From a virus: a DNA stretch of 64,000 nt. Position numbers and translations under genes: made by a program. Positions 18,801-29,225 of the stretch are shown here, piece after piece (the stretch's first letter is position 1; every line of letters starts with the position of its first letter). Where the stretch lies: IMG/VR virus record IMGVR_UViG_3300035670_000149, positions 8,628-72,627 of that record; one strand, 5' to 3'. The notes under the pieces are model-generated. The model saw nothing but the letters and a program-made list of their open reading frames with translations. It was not told where the DNA came from and made no database searches.

Positions 18801-19721
18801 TTATGCACCTAGAGCAATAGCAAGACCAATAGAAATACCACTGGATTGGAAAGTAACCGTAGTAATTCCAGAACCACCATCAGATTGGTCAACACGAACT
18901 GATGCATTCACAGGAACAAAGTTGATTGTCGATGTTGCGGTACTAACGGTTGTACCTTCAGATTGAATACCAATTGCAATACCAGTTCCACTAAAGCTAC
19001 CAGAAAAATTGGTAGCAGTCATGTAACCAGTTACATTGAGACCTGCTGGACTTGCAATAATATTATCAAAACTTGCTAATGATTTACCAGCACCAACGAC
19101 AACAACAGCACCACTATTTCCTAAAGTGGAAATTGTAGTAATGCCAGTCACAGCAAGACCTGCTGGGCTTGCTATTACATTATTAATACTCGCTAATGAT
19201 TTGCCAGTACCAACAGTAATAACACCACCAGTGTTACCTAGGGTGGAAACAGTGGTTACACCCGTAACTTTTACATTATCCGCAAAATCAACAAGATTGG
19301 AAAAGGTAGAAAATCCAGATACTCTTAGATTTCCTACAACAGAAGTTAGTCCTACAAAAGTAGAGAATCCTGTTACATTAACATTTCCATCAAGATTGAC
19401 ATTATTTTGAAACGTCGTAACACCAACAACTCTCAGGTTTGATATTGAGGACATCCCCAATACATTGACCTGATTTACAGCGGTAGAAAATCCGCTTACA
19501 ACTAAATTGTTATTGATCTGGGTGAATGGCAGCGTGGCAAATCCAGTAACTCTTAGAAAAGAAGTTACTACATCTGTTGCCGCTATGGCACCTTGAACGT
19601 CAAGTTCGACCGTTGGGAGCGTGCTTCCAATACCAACCTTATTTGTTGTAGAATCGGCAAAGATTTGGTTAGTATTAACCTCTAGACCGTTCTTGACGAC
19701 AAAGTTTTTGTTAATTGCCAT
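18801..19721 (-). CDS. Tail fibre-like virion protein
   Basis: MAINKNFVVKNGLEV start, KVGIGSTLP fibre motif, VTGFST repeats and an internal imperfect 39-aa duplication. Confidence 0.75.
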   Translation of the reverse strand: MAINKNFVVKNGLEVNTNQIFADSTTNKVGIGSTLPTVELDVQGAIAATDVVTSFLRVTGFATLPFTQINNNLVVSGFSTAVNQVNVLGMSSISNLRVVGVTTFQNNVNLDGNVNVTGFSTFVGLTSVVGNLRVSGFSTFSNLVDFADNVKVTGVTTVSTLGNTGGVITVGTGKSLASINNVIASPAGLAVTGITTISTLGNSGAVVVVGAGKSLASFDNIIASPAGLNVTGYMTATNFSGSFSGTGIAIGIQSEGTTVSTATSTINFVPVNASVRVDQSDGGSGITTVTFQSSGISIGLAIALGA

Positions 19722-19754
19722 TGGAGTTCACTATCCCCCCAGTCTATACTCTAT

Positions 19755-21257
19755 TTAGTAAATTCTAAAGGCAGCTTCTCTAACATGAACATTTCCAATA
19801 TCGTCTCCAGTAAACCAAACTCTACATTGTCCCAATTCTTTTTGAACAAAAGAAACTTTCATGTTTGGTAGTATGATACTAGAGACACCAGCAATAGTTG
19901 TGCTGATAAACGTAAAAGCAACAATATAATCAGTATTTAAGAAAGGTTCTTGAAACTTAATCAAATAATGATTTTCTGGTAATTGATTATAATCTGTGCT
20001 GCGGGTGCCCTCATTTTGAGGTATAATGGTTGCAATAAAGTTGCCCGTATTTGTGTAGTTGAATACAGGAGTAAATCCTGCTATTACACCTGTCGTATGA
20101 TACCAAGAAGCAATATAATTTACAAATCCAGTTTTTCTTATTCGAACACTACCCCGTTTTCCTTGAGGATTTCCACCTAAGGTTGTTGATAGTACTGTAA
20201 CTGCACTTCCAGCCCACCCAGATCCACCACCTCCGCCGCCATTGCTACTTGATCCAGAGTATCCGCCTGTTACTCCAGATCCACCTGCACCTCCATTATT
20301 AAATGCAAAAGCACCATTATTTTGAAGATCATCTGCTGTCAGTTCTACATTGCATGATAAATTAGAGCTACCAGCTGCAGATAAACCACATCTAGTCATT
20401 GTTCTAGTCACATTTGCCTGAGTATAATTAGAAACACTAATAAATTCTCCTGGAGTAACAACTCTACCTCCGCTGCCACCATTTGATCCAGTACCATTTT
20501 CTCCAGCAACATTAAATCCACCGCCGTCGCCTCCTTTTATTCCAGAAGAGGAAGATCCTCCTCCTCCACCAACAACCGCCAATAAAGTTCCACCTCTTTT
20601 TATATACGTTGGTCCTCCACCATTAAATCCACTGCCAGAAGATACTCTTCCGCCGTTTGGACCATTAAAAGAAACATCTGGTTGAGAACCATAATTATCA
20701 TCACCAACTCTAAATGTATATAATTGAGATTGTTCAAAAGTTCTTCGAAGAGTACCAACTCCACCTTGTCCAGGATTAGATCCAGCGCCAGAAGAACCCC
20801 GCAAAGTAATATCTAAAGATATATCCTTTTCTTTTGCAAATACTCTCCACCACCCAGATGATGGAGTGTTAAATCCATTGTTTGCATCTGGACCAAATTC
20901 ATATTGTTGAGTTGCTATGTTCCAGTCAATAATAACAGGACTGGTAAAACTTCCATCAGAATAAGCGTTAGTTCCGTTCGAATGATATACTAATCTAAGA
21001 ATATCTTGAGGTGCTCTAAGAGTAAGAGTAAATGTTTCTGATGTTACTGGATCTGCAGTTGGATGACTTACTACAACATAATACGTACCAGCAGTTGCTG
21101 TTAGAATATTAGATATCCCATCAGTCAGAGTGGTTAAGAGTAAATTGCCATCTCTATACCAAGAATACTGAAGTAATGTAGGATCTCCAGAAGAAATAGT
21201 TGCCTTTGCAGTGATGGCTATAATTGTACCAGTTGCAAACTCTTTTGTTATTGCCAT
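19755..21257 (-). CDS. Virion protein: Ig-like N-terminus plus glycine-rich domain
   Basis: YSWYRDG...AGTYYVVVS (Ig-like), then VVGGGGG and GGGGGGSGW blocks. Confidence 0.65.
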   Translation of the reverse strand: MAITKEFATGTIIAITAKATISSGDPTLLQYSWYRDGNLLLTTLTDGISNILTATAGTYYVVVSHPTADPVTSETFTLTLRAPQDILRLVYHSNGTNAYSDGSFTSPVIIDWNIATQQYEFGPDANNGFNTPSSGWWRVFAKEKDISLDITLRGSSGAGSNPGQGGVGTLRRTFEQSQLYTFRVGDDNYGSQPDVSFNGPNGGRVSSGSGFNGGGPTYIKRGGTLLAVVGGGGGSSSSGIKGGDGGGFNVAGENGTGSNGGSGGRVVTPGEFISVSNYTQANVTRTMTRCGLSAAGSSNLSCNVELTADDLQNNGAFAFNNGGAGGSGVTGGYSGSSSNGGGGGGSGWAGSAVTVLSTTLGGNPQGKRGSVRIRKTGFVNYIASWYHTTGVIAGFTPVFNYTNTGNFIATIIPQNEGTRSTDYNQLPENHYLIKFQEPFLNTDYIVAFTFISTTIAGVSSIILPNMKVSFVQKELGQCRVWFTGDDIGNVHVREAAFRIY

Positions 21258-21261
21258 TTTA

Positions 21262-22125
21262 CTAATTTGGTTTTGTTACAATAAACCATGACTGTGCAAC
21301 TCCAATATCTCCCTTAGAAATATAAAATCCAGTATACACAGTTTCATCAAAAGTTGAAGCTGAAGTCATTCGAACTTGAATGGTACTGCCATATTGTGCC
21401 GACAAACTTTTACCAGTTCTTCCATCAACAACTAAAGATGCTGTAGGTCCATCAACAGACACAGTAAATCCTGTACATGATCTATCAACATCGGTCAAAC
21501 TAAATGATTGACTATAGACAGTATTGAGATTTGCATTACGAATACCAACTAAATTATAGTTTGCATTTAGAGGATTACAATTTGGAATAACAGGTGCAGG
21601 TGCAGGTGCTGGAGCAGGTGCTGGTGCTGGAGCAGGTGCTGGTGCAGGTGCTGGTGCTGGAGCAGGTGCTGGTGCTGGTGCGGGTGCGGGTGGCGCAGGA
21701 GTAGGAGGAACATCCCCATCTGGTTGTTGAGTAATTGTTATCTGACCCTTTACCTTTAGAATAACAGTATTAGAAGCCAAAGGAGAGTTTGATGCCCCTG
21801 GTTGAAAAGTTTGTATGCCGACTCTTGTTGGGTCTGGATAAAATATTGAATACTGAATTAAATTTTTACCATTATAAACAGTATCTGTCATATTTGTCAG
21901 CGTTAGTTGTGTACCGATACCAACAACAGATCCATTTATCCTCCATTCATAACCTAAAGTTCCGATTCCTGCAACAAGATAGTTGACAGTAGACACTCCT
22001 GTAAATGTAGCAGATCCACCATAAGAAATTGTTCCAGGATCATTGATCTGAGTTACATACGTCAGAAATGGTGGGTTTATTCTGACGGGTGTAGATACTT
22101 TTCTATGAAATGCTAATGGACTCAT
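21262..22125 (-). CDS. Virion protein with Ig-like domain and long (Pro-Ala)n linker
   Basis: YEWRING Ig-like strand, ITITQQP, then PPTPAPPAPAPAPA.... Confidence 0.65.
   Translation of the reverse strand: MSPLAFHRKVSTPVRINPPFLTYVTQINDPGTISYGGSATFTGVSTVNYLVAGIGTLGYEWRINGSVVGIGTQLTLTNMTDTVYNGKNLIQYSIFYPDPTRVGIQTFQPGASNSPLASNTVILKVKGQITITQQPDGDVPPTPAPPAPAPAPAPAPAPAPAPAPAPAPAPAPAPAPAPVIPNCNPLNANYNLVGIRNANLNTVYSQSFSLTDVDRSCTGFTVSVDGPTASLVVDGRTGKSLSAQYGSTIQVRMTSASTFDETVYTGFYISKGDIGVAQSWFIVTKPN
21590..21708. repeat. Degenerate 6-bp microsatellite encoding (Pro-Ala)n
   Basis: GGTGCT/GGTGCA/GGAGCA units on the plus strand. Confidence 0.9.
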
Positions 22126-25100
22126 CCGAAATTCTGTCCTCCAGGTACGCCATAGAATGAAGATCCACCATCAAATGTTATAAACGAATATATATCAGTT
22201 TTATTTGCGGTGGTAGTAACAATTGGAATCACAGAACCAGACCAGTAAACTGGTATGTTTCCTCCTCCAGAATTTTTGAATGTATCAATACCAACTGAAT
22301 ATCCGCCAGTAGAATCTTGTGTTATTTTCACAGTGAATGAAGAAGAATCGCTAGGTGGATTTAGAATCTCAAAATTATTTACAATTGAGGTAATATTGAC
22401 ATTGAATGACTGTGCCTGAGAAAGATCAATAGTAACCACATTTCCTACTGGAGCAACAGTCGCTACTGCCTCAGAATATGTCTTGAATCTGGCACTTCCA
22501 TCAACATCAAATCTAGCTCTTGGAATTATGGTTCCAACACCAACGGAGGATCCAGATGCATGGAATACTGTTCCGCCAACACCAGCTCTTAGAGTTGTAG
22601 TCGCGGTTACAATACCAGCATTGATTGTACCAACACCAGAAAGTGCGTATTGATTTGAGATAAACTGACCGTTTACGTCTAAGATACCTCTTGCAACAGA
22701 AGTTCCAACTCCGATTCTACCAAGAGTATTAATACCAACAAATTCAGTTCCAAATCCAGATTTGATTGCAAATGCTTTAGCAGTTTGAGTTGTTGAATAT
22801 TGGACTGTTAGTAATGCATCAGGCATTGTGCTACCAACACCAACAAAATTATTCAATCCAGTATGAATACCAATATTTGCACCAACACCAACTTCATTTC
22901 CTACCCACTTAGAATCATTTGGCAAATTCGTAATATTTGAACCATTACCATAGAGGAATGCTGCGGTTACAAAACCAGAAGCATAGATGTTGTTGACTAC
23001 GTGCAAATCATATTGTGGTCTGGTGGTTCCAATGCCAAGAGATCCGCCACATGAAACAATAACTCCTGAGCGACCTGCAGCATTGAATCCTGACTGAGAT
23101 TCTGTTCTACCAGATCCAATAACAAGTTGACATCCACCTGTAGTTTCTGTGGCAATGCCAATACGATCAAATATTCCAATACTCTCAGTGCTTGAGGCAC
23201 TAACATTACCCCATCTATACCAATCATTATCTGTAGTATAGACCCATCCAATGAATCCACCTTTTGCTGGGTTTGCATTGAATACAACATCACCAGAATT
23301 ACCAGCAAGAACTGGTTGAGAGATTCCTACAGTATAATTTCTAGAAACAGTAGTATTTCCCTGTAGATATAACGAAGTTGCTTCAAGACCACCAGGAGCA
23401 GTAGAAGTTACTTTGTTATTGAAGATAACAGGCCCATCAAATTCAGAAATAATATTTCCATCTGGTCCACCCTCTACTCTAATTGATCTTGAAATTGTAA
23501 CTTCAAGAGGAGTTAGAACGTCAAAACCAACACTAACACCCGTTTCGCCAACATCTTCACCAGTTACAGAAGGAATAGGAGCATCAAATACTTCTTCTTG
23601 ACCAGTCGCTGAACTTACCTTCTTATTACCAATATAGAAATCACCATCATTATTCATACCAGTGTAAACGTTTACACCACCATCAACTTTGGTTGATTGT
23701 GAAAGTAATTCTTCTTGAGGTGATAATCTTCTATCAATTCTCTCTGGTAGAGCAGTTGAGTAGTTACCAGGACCAAATCCAACATATTCAAATGTATGTC
23801 CAGAAGCACGAATGATAGAGTTTCTACGAAGTTCTATCGGCAAACATCTAACTTTTTTAACAACGCTGTCTAGTGGATGTGAAGATGCTTTAGTTCCAAG
23901 AATTCCTCTAAAAACCGATATAGGATTAGAAATATATCCACTAGACGCATCTACACTACTTGTAGATGTTGTGGATTTAATTCTCATCAACTCTTCATCA
24001 ATTTGAATAAAGTCGCCAATATTCAGATCAAGATTTTCAACATTTTGAATATAAATGTCTGTTATCGTGGAGTTGGTAATTTGTGCAGATAATGTTGATG
24101 TAATACCAGCATAGGCATATGTCATTCTGCCAGAAATATTCTCATCGTCACTTGTAATAACTCCACCCTGAGAACTTGTTCCATAATTATAAATTTCAGC
24201 AGTACCAGTTGCAGGAACCGTTGTTCCAATTCCGATAAAGGAAGTAAATGAAGTTACACCTAAAACGTTTGCAACAACAAAATCACCATTATAAAGTGAA
24301 CTACTTGCATTTGCAATTCGTATCTTATTGTCAGCATATAATCCATGCTTTTGAACTGTTGCAAAAGTTGCAATTCCAGATCCAGCATCGTAACTAAACC
24401 CACTAATATTAATAACAGGTCCTGTAAGCTGAATTGTTGTATCAAGTGTTGCTTCAGATCCAATACCAATTGTATTGGCAGATCCAACTATAGTAGAAGA
24501 AGTTACTTGGATTTCTTTATCTTTACCAACAGCAATTCCACTAATCTTATAAAGAGTATTATGAGATTGATATATTGCTGAGGTTACGCCTTGAACATCA
24601 AGACATTCCCCAACTGAATTATAAATTTTCTCTACACGAATAACTGCATCAGATGATCCAGCAAGTTTTGGTAGGTTGGTAACAGTCATTGTGTTACCAA
24701 TTGCATAAGCAGAACCACCATCAATAATCTTAATGTCTGTAATTCCACCAGCAGGATGAATAGTTACTCTTGCAGTAGCATGTTTTCCTACAGTAGAACC
24801 AGCAAAACCTACAAGTTGTGCATTATAATAAGATTCTGTAATACCAGAACCAACTCCGTAGTTTGTACCACTGTTTGCAATACTTACGGAAACAATTCTA
24901 TTCAGACCATGATCAATCTTCGTGAAAATGGTATGTGCAGTTCCAGCAGAATTTGATTGAATATCAGTGATTCCTAATCCAATATTACCAGCAAATTCAA
25001 TAACTTTTCCAATTTCAGTTTCTTTGGTCAGACTGTTTTGTGGATCATTAATTGAAACCTCTCCAATTGGAGTTGGAAGAGCGAAAGATCTTGCTGATTC

Positions 25101-28100
25101 AGGATCTGATACTGGATTATCTCTATTTGTCTGAGGATAGAAATATTGAATGTTTTGACTGAACTTCTCATTAGTAAATGGACTTACAGTTGGAGAAATG
25201 GAATTTTTAGATAAAAGTATGTGATAGACACCATCCTGTTGACCAGCAATGTATGTGTTGACTTCTGTTGATCTGTAAATACTAAACGTTTGATTTGCTT
25301 TTACTCTCTTGAATCTTGGTAAAGCAGTCGTTCTCAATGAAGTTGAATTTGTAAATACTCCAGGGTTTGTGTTTAGACCAACAACAAATGACTTTGCACT
25401 AGTAACACCGACAACCGTATAGTCTCTGTTGAAACCTGTTCCAGCAGTACCGGTGGTATTTGTGGAACTCGTGACATTAATAATGGAAACATTTGATCCA
25501 ACAGTCAAACCATGTGGTTTTTCTGTGTCAATATATGCAAATGGTGAAGAATATCTACATGTAGAAATGAAACTTGGATTTCTTAGTTCACTTAGGTTAG
25601 ATAATGTTTTGCCTGTAGTTGAATACAGATATGTAACTTCATTATTATTGAGTGCCCCAGTATCATTTGACTCTTGAATGACATAACCATCTACAGGAGG
25701 TCTGGCTGATGTAATTCCACTTCCAGATGGGATTACATATCTTGCACGATAGACAGTATCAAGTAATGCTCTATCATCTTGCTTTCTGGTGATGTAAGTT
25801 CTAGGTGTAGAGTCCCCAAGAACAGAGGTTCCTAGACCAACAACCTGAGAGAAGAATGTATTATCTGTAGAAGACGTTGATACATTTACATACCATTGAT
25901 TATTTGCGATATCAAATTGAATTGGGTGACCAATATCTCCTGAATTTTTATCAGATACTCTTGATTCAATATTCAATACGCCACCAAGACTGTTGATTCC
26001 AATTGCTTCAGCAGCAAGAGCAGAGTTGAGAGATGTCGCTACTTGAATCTGATTATTGCCAGAGAAAGAAGCATTTGCATTTTCTTTCGTAATTGCATAA
26101 TAAACTCGGTTGTTTCTCAAACCATCAGGAAGAGCACCATTATCAGAAATAATACGAACTGATTCACCATTGATAAAATTATGATCTGAAGTAAGAGTTA
26201 GAATATTTGAAGTAATACTATTAAATCCAACTGCTCTACCAACATATCCAATTTTTTTGGAAGTATATTGACTTGTAGTAATGCCATTGATTGGCATTGT
26301 GATTCTTGCTTTATACTCAATAGCACTACCACCAACGTTTAGTTGTACTTTGAGTTCATCGTTTTCTTTTGCACCAAATCGGTAACCTTCAATTACGTTT
26401 TGAGGTCTTTGGTCAGAGTTATTTTGATTATATAAGTATAGTCTTCCAGTAGATCCAACACCAACAGCAGTTTGATAAACATCAATGGAATTAAATTCTA
26501 CTGATGTTTCTGTAGTTTGAAGTTCTCTAGGAGGAATAACATGAGTCAAATAACCAATATCATCCTTTGCAAAAGCATCACTCTTGAATCCTTTTGATAA
26601 GAGTGATTTTGCTCCAAAGTTTGAGTTAGAGTTTGTAACGGATTGGTCTCCACCAGACTCTGTTACAAAATGCTCTGCAAATCCAATAGCAAAGATAGAA
26701 ACTAACTGTAAAATAGAGTCATTGGTACACTTAATATGAAAATTAGTGTAGTCTGGTTTATAGATTGCTCTAGAATCTGATGATAAATTTGGAATCGTTG
26801 TTGCATCATCATATGATCCCGTAATTTCATTATATTTTACAAATGCATCATTATCTTTCTGTAGTCCAATTCCAGTAAATTGTGCGATAACCATGGATTT
26901 GAATCCAGTTGCCTTATTTCCTTCGGCAAGACAACCGCACATTCCAAATACAGAACGTAAAGATACGTTGAAAATATAAGGAGAAGCAGAAGTTACAGTA
27001 TCTACTACAATGTTTACAGTAGCATTTGCTGGATTTTCTAGAGCAGTAGTTGGAGCATTAGAAACTCTATATGTAAATTCTGTCGTACTAGTTACACCAG
27101 CACAGACATAATTGCCATTATAACCAGCGGCACTAATGCCATTGATTCGGATAGGTGTATCAACGTCAAGTCCAATATTTTTGATTGAATCAGTCGTTTG
27201 AACTGTGATTACAGTTGTAGCTGTTACTCCATCACCTGCTTTGATTGATGAAATACCTACACCATCTCCCTTAGAACCAACAATTCGGTACTCATCAATT
27301 TTTGGTTGAATATCAACATTTCCTGCAGGATAATCTGGTTGAATAGGTCTACCAGTCGCATCATCATATACATCAGATATTTTTTCATAATACATTTGCA
27401 GATCTGTTCTGGTCTCTGCAATGTTCAAAAAACCATCATCAATGGTGACATTGTTTACACCATCGGCAAATTCAAAGCAAGAAAGTTTATGGTGGGAGAA
27501 ATTAGGAACAAAGATATTGCTTGTGTAATCCTTATAGACAGTAGAATTCGGATCAGCATCAAAAATAGTAAACTGATAGAAATAGCACGCACCAGTTACT
27601 CTAAAAATACAAGATCTACTAATCGCAGGATTAGATGGGTTGGGAACATATTTTGGTCTGATCTGAGTTTTTCTCAAATCTAAACCAACAAGTGATGTAC
27701 CTCTAGGAATAATAACACCACCATTGATTGAATTCAATTTGTAGAGATCATTATCAGCAGTTGATAAATCAAAATTACTGGTAAGATTGAATGGAGATAA
27801 AATTAAACCAGAAGTTCCATTTCTGTCTCTATATTTTGCTACTCCACTGCCATCATCATAAGGAATCCATCCAGGTCTATTATCAACAATATGTTCTCCT
27901 GGATAGACAAGAATGGTTGTTTTACCAAATCTATCGTTGTCAAGTCCTGCTTGATATGAAAATCTTGCCGACTCAATTAGTGCCCTTTGAATTGTTTTGA
28001 AAGGACGAGTGAGTGAATTTCCCTGATTCTCAATACTGTCTGTAGCATCAAGATCATTTGGATTTACATATAAAATATTGCCCTTGGCATTCTTTAGAAA

Positions 28101-28124
28101 ATTCTGAAGTCTACTGAGACCCAT
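22122..28124 (-). CDS. 2000-aa virion structural/tail fibre protein
   Basis: MGLSRLQNFLKN...GNSLTRPFKTIQRALIE start typical of the large cyanomyovirus structural protein. C-terminus has VGIGT fibre repeats. Confidence 0.8.
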   Translation of the reverse strand: MGLSRLQNFLKNAKGNILYVNPNDLDATDSIENQGNSLTRPFKTIQRALIESARFSYQAGLDNDRFGKTTILVYPGEHIVDNRPGWIPYDDGSGVAKYRDRNGTSGLILSPFNLTSNFDLSTADNDLYKLNSINGGVIIPRGTSLVGLDLRKTQIRPKYVPNPSNPAISRSCIFRVTGACYFYQFTIFDADPNSTVYKDYTSNIFVPNFSHHKLSCFEFADGVNNVTIDDGFLNIAETRTDLQMYYEKISDVYDDATGRPIQPDYPAGNVDIQPKIDEYRIVGSKGDGVGISSIKAGDGVTATTVITVQTTDSIKNIGLDVDTPIRINGISAAGYNGNYVCAGVTSTTEFTYRVSNAPTTALENPANATVNIVVDTVTSASPYIFNVSLRSVFGMCGCLAEGNKATGFKSMVIAQFTGIGLQKDNDAFVKYNEITGSYDDATTIPNLSSDSRAIYKPDYTNFHIKCTNDSILQLVSIFAIGFAEHFVTESGGDQSVTNSNSNFGAKSLLSKGFKSDAFAKDDIGYLTHVIPPRELQTTETSVEFNSIDVYQTAVGVGSTGRLYLYNQNNSDQRPQNVIEGYRFGAKENDELKVQLNVGGSAIEYKARITMPINGITTSQYTSKKIGYVGRAVGFNSITSNILTLTSDHNFINGESVRIISDNGALPDGLRNNRVYYAITKENANASFSGNNQIQVATSLNSALAAEAIGINSLGGVLNIESRVSDKNSGDIGHPIQFDIANNQWYVNVSTSSTDNTFFSQVVGLGTSVLGDSTPRTYITRKQDDRALLDTVYRARYVIPSGSGITSARPPVDGYVIQESNDTGALNNNEVTYLYSTTGKTLSNLSELRNPSFISTCRYSSPFAYIDTEKPHGLTVGSNVSIINVTSSTNTTGTAGTGFNRDYTVVGVTSAKSFVVGLNTNPGVFTNSTSLRTTALPRFKRVKANQTFSIYRSTEVNTYIAGQQDGVYHILLSKNSISPTVSPFTNEKFSQNIQYFYPQTNRDNPVSDPESARSFALPTPIGEVSINDPQNSLTKETEIGKVIEFAGNIGLGITDIQSNSAGTAHTIFTKIDHGLNRIVSVSIANSGTNYGVGSGITESYYNAQLVGFAGSTVGKHATARVTIHPAGGITDIKIIDGGSAYAIGNTMTVTNLPKLAGSSDAVIRVEKIYNSVGECLDVQGVTSAIYQSHNTLYKISGIAVGKDKEIQVTSSTIVGSANTIGIGSEATLDTTIQLTGPVINISGFSYDAGSGIATFATVQKHGLYADNKIRIANASSSLYNGDFVVANVLGVTSFTSFIGIGTTVPATGTAEIYNYGTSSQGGVITSDDENISGRMTYAYAGITSTLSAQITNSTITDIYIQNVENLDLNIGDFIQIDEELMRIKSTTSTSSVDASSGYISNPISVFRGILGTKASSHPLDSVVKKVRCLPIELRRNSIIRASGHTFEYVGFGPGNYSTALPERIDRRLSPQEELLSQSTKVDGGVNVYTGMNNDGDFYIGNKKVSSATGQEEVFDAPIPSVTGEDVGETGVSVGFDVLTPLEVTISRSIRVEGGPDGNIISEFDGPVIFNNKVTSTAPGGLEATSLYLQGNTTVSRNYTVGISQPVLAGNSGDVVFNANPAKGGFIGWVYTTDNDWYRWGNVSASSTESIGIFDRIGIATETTGGCQLVIGSGRTESQSGFNAAGRSGVIVSCGGSLGIGTTRPQYDLHVVNNIYASGFVTAAFLYGNGSNITNLPNDSKWVGNEVGVGANIGIHTGLNNFVGVGSTMPDALLTVQYSTTQTAKAFAIKSGFGTEFVGINTLGRIGVGTSVARGILDVNGQFISNQYALSGVGTINAGIVTATTTLRAGVGGTVFHASGSSVGVGTIIPRARFDVDGSARFKTYSEAVATVAPVGNVVTIDLSQAQSFNVNITSIVNNFEILNPPSDSSSFTVKITQDSTGGYSVGIDTFKNSGGGNIPVYWSGSVIPIVTTTANKTDIYSFITFDGGSSFYGVPGGQNFG

Positions 28125-28152
28125 TGTATTACGACCAGGTTTTTGCTATATG

Positions 28153-28159
28153 TTATTTA
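28153..28159 (-). promoter_or_regulatory. T4-type late promoter variant (CTAAATA)
   Basis: CTAAATAAC overlaps the upstream stop codon, about 30 nt before the ATG at 28124. Confidence 0.65.
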
Positions 28160-28755
28160 GCAGGAGTCCACCTAACTGTTAGTGATTTATCAAACACCAT
28201 AAGATAACGATGTTTACGATTTCTATCTTTCCATTCACCTTCAACTCCCTTTACGGAACCTCTTGAATGTTTAGTTCCGTCAGCATAATAAAAATCTTTT
28301 TTAGGGTCTGTCAACCCATAATAGACGAAATTGCAAGCGCGGTATATAGTTCCGTCATGGCGAGAACTGTCAGCGTAGCTAAGAATAGCACGAACTGGTA
28401 CATCTTTTTTAAACCTCCTAATACAACGACTTACGAACCAAGATGTAATGTTATATTCTTCTTTTTGAGTATCTGGATGTATACAAAGTCTTGAGAGTTC
28501 GTATATTCCTTCTTGTTGATTTCTTTCTAGACCAAATGCCCCTACGGCGATTTCTGGAACTGGGATATTAGTAAAAACGCAAGCACCAAGGCAGCTGCCA
28601 ATTCTAAGGGGGCATTCCCAGTCAGGACGTTTGAAAAGTCCATAATTGAATCCTGATTTGAAATCTTTAGATTCATCTTTTAGATAATGATATGTATAAA
28701 GAAGGTTTTTAATTTCATCTTTACATACCTTATCTATGTAAAAATTTGATTTCAT
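28153..28755 (-). CDS. Mom-like GNAT-fold DNA-modification protein
   Basis: HYL, ELSRL, SWFVSRC and ILSYAD...HDGTIYRACNF.YYG blocks resemble the phage Mu Mom family. Confidence 0.7.
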   Translation of the reverse strand: MKSNFYIDKVCKDEIKNLLYTYHYLKDESKDFKSGFNYGLFKRPDWECPLRIGSCLGACVFTNIPVPEIAVGAFGLERNQQEGIYELSRLCIHPDTQKEEYNITSWFVSRCIRRFKKDVPVRAILSYADSSRHDGTIYRACNFVYYGLTDPKKDFYYADGTKHSRGSVKGVEGEWKDRNRKHRYLMVFDKSLTVRWTPAK

Positions 28756-28769
28756 CTAAGTATTTGTGC

Positions 28770-29207
28770 TTATTTTCTAACAAACCAAAAAGACAAAGTA
28801 TATCTTGTTCCACTGGTTATTTCTTTTACACAATGCTTGATGGTAGAATTTGAAAATATAACAAGTTTTCCCACTTTTGGATCACATGTATAATTTTGAA
28901 AAATCGTTTGTCCACCTCGATAATCATCATTTAGATACAATATAGCAGAAAAAAGATCTCCTTCATCATAATGCCAATCCATTTTAGAACTTTTTGGCCA
29001 CTGTACAATTTGACAAAGAGATAATTTCACATCACTGTTCAATGACATGCATATTTTTTCTATTTTATCAGTAACTTGGGATATTTTTTCAATATTAAGT
29101 GGATATGTATCTCGATACTGAAATACTCTATCAGTATTTTGTAAGTAAAATTGAATTATTTTATCACAATCTGCTTTACTTAGAAAATTTTTATCAATAT
29201 AAATCAT
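28770..29207 (-). CDS. 2OG-Fe(II) oxygenase (prolyl-4-hydroxylase-like)
   Basis: WHYD, LYLNDDYRGGQT and HCVKEITSGTRYTLSFW. Confidence 0.85.
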   Translation of the reverse strand: MIYIDKNFLSKADCDKIIQFYLQNTDRVFQYRDTYPLNIEKISQVTDKIEKICMSLNSDVKLSLCQIVQWPKSSKMDWHYDEGDLFSAILYLNDDYRGGQTIFQNYTCDPKVGKLVIFSNSTIKHCVKEITSGTRYTLSFWFVRK

Positions 29208-29225
29208 GATAATTCCAAAAAATAA

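Noticed and set aside
1-28124. Diversity-generating retroelement or invertase-driven fibre switching
   Set aside because: No reverse transcriptase, recombinase, template/variable repeat pair or inverted gene orientation was seen in the window.
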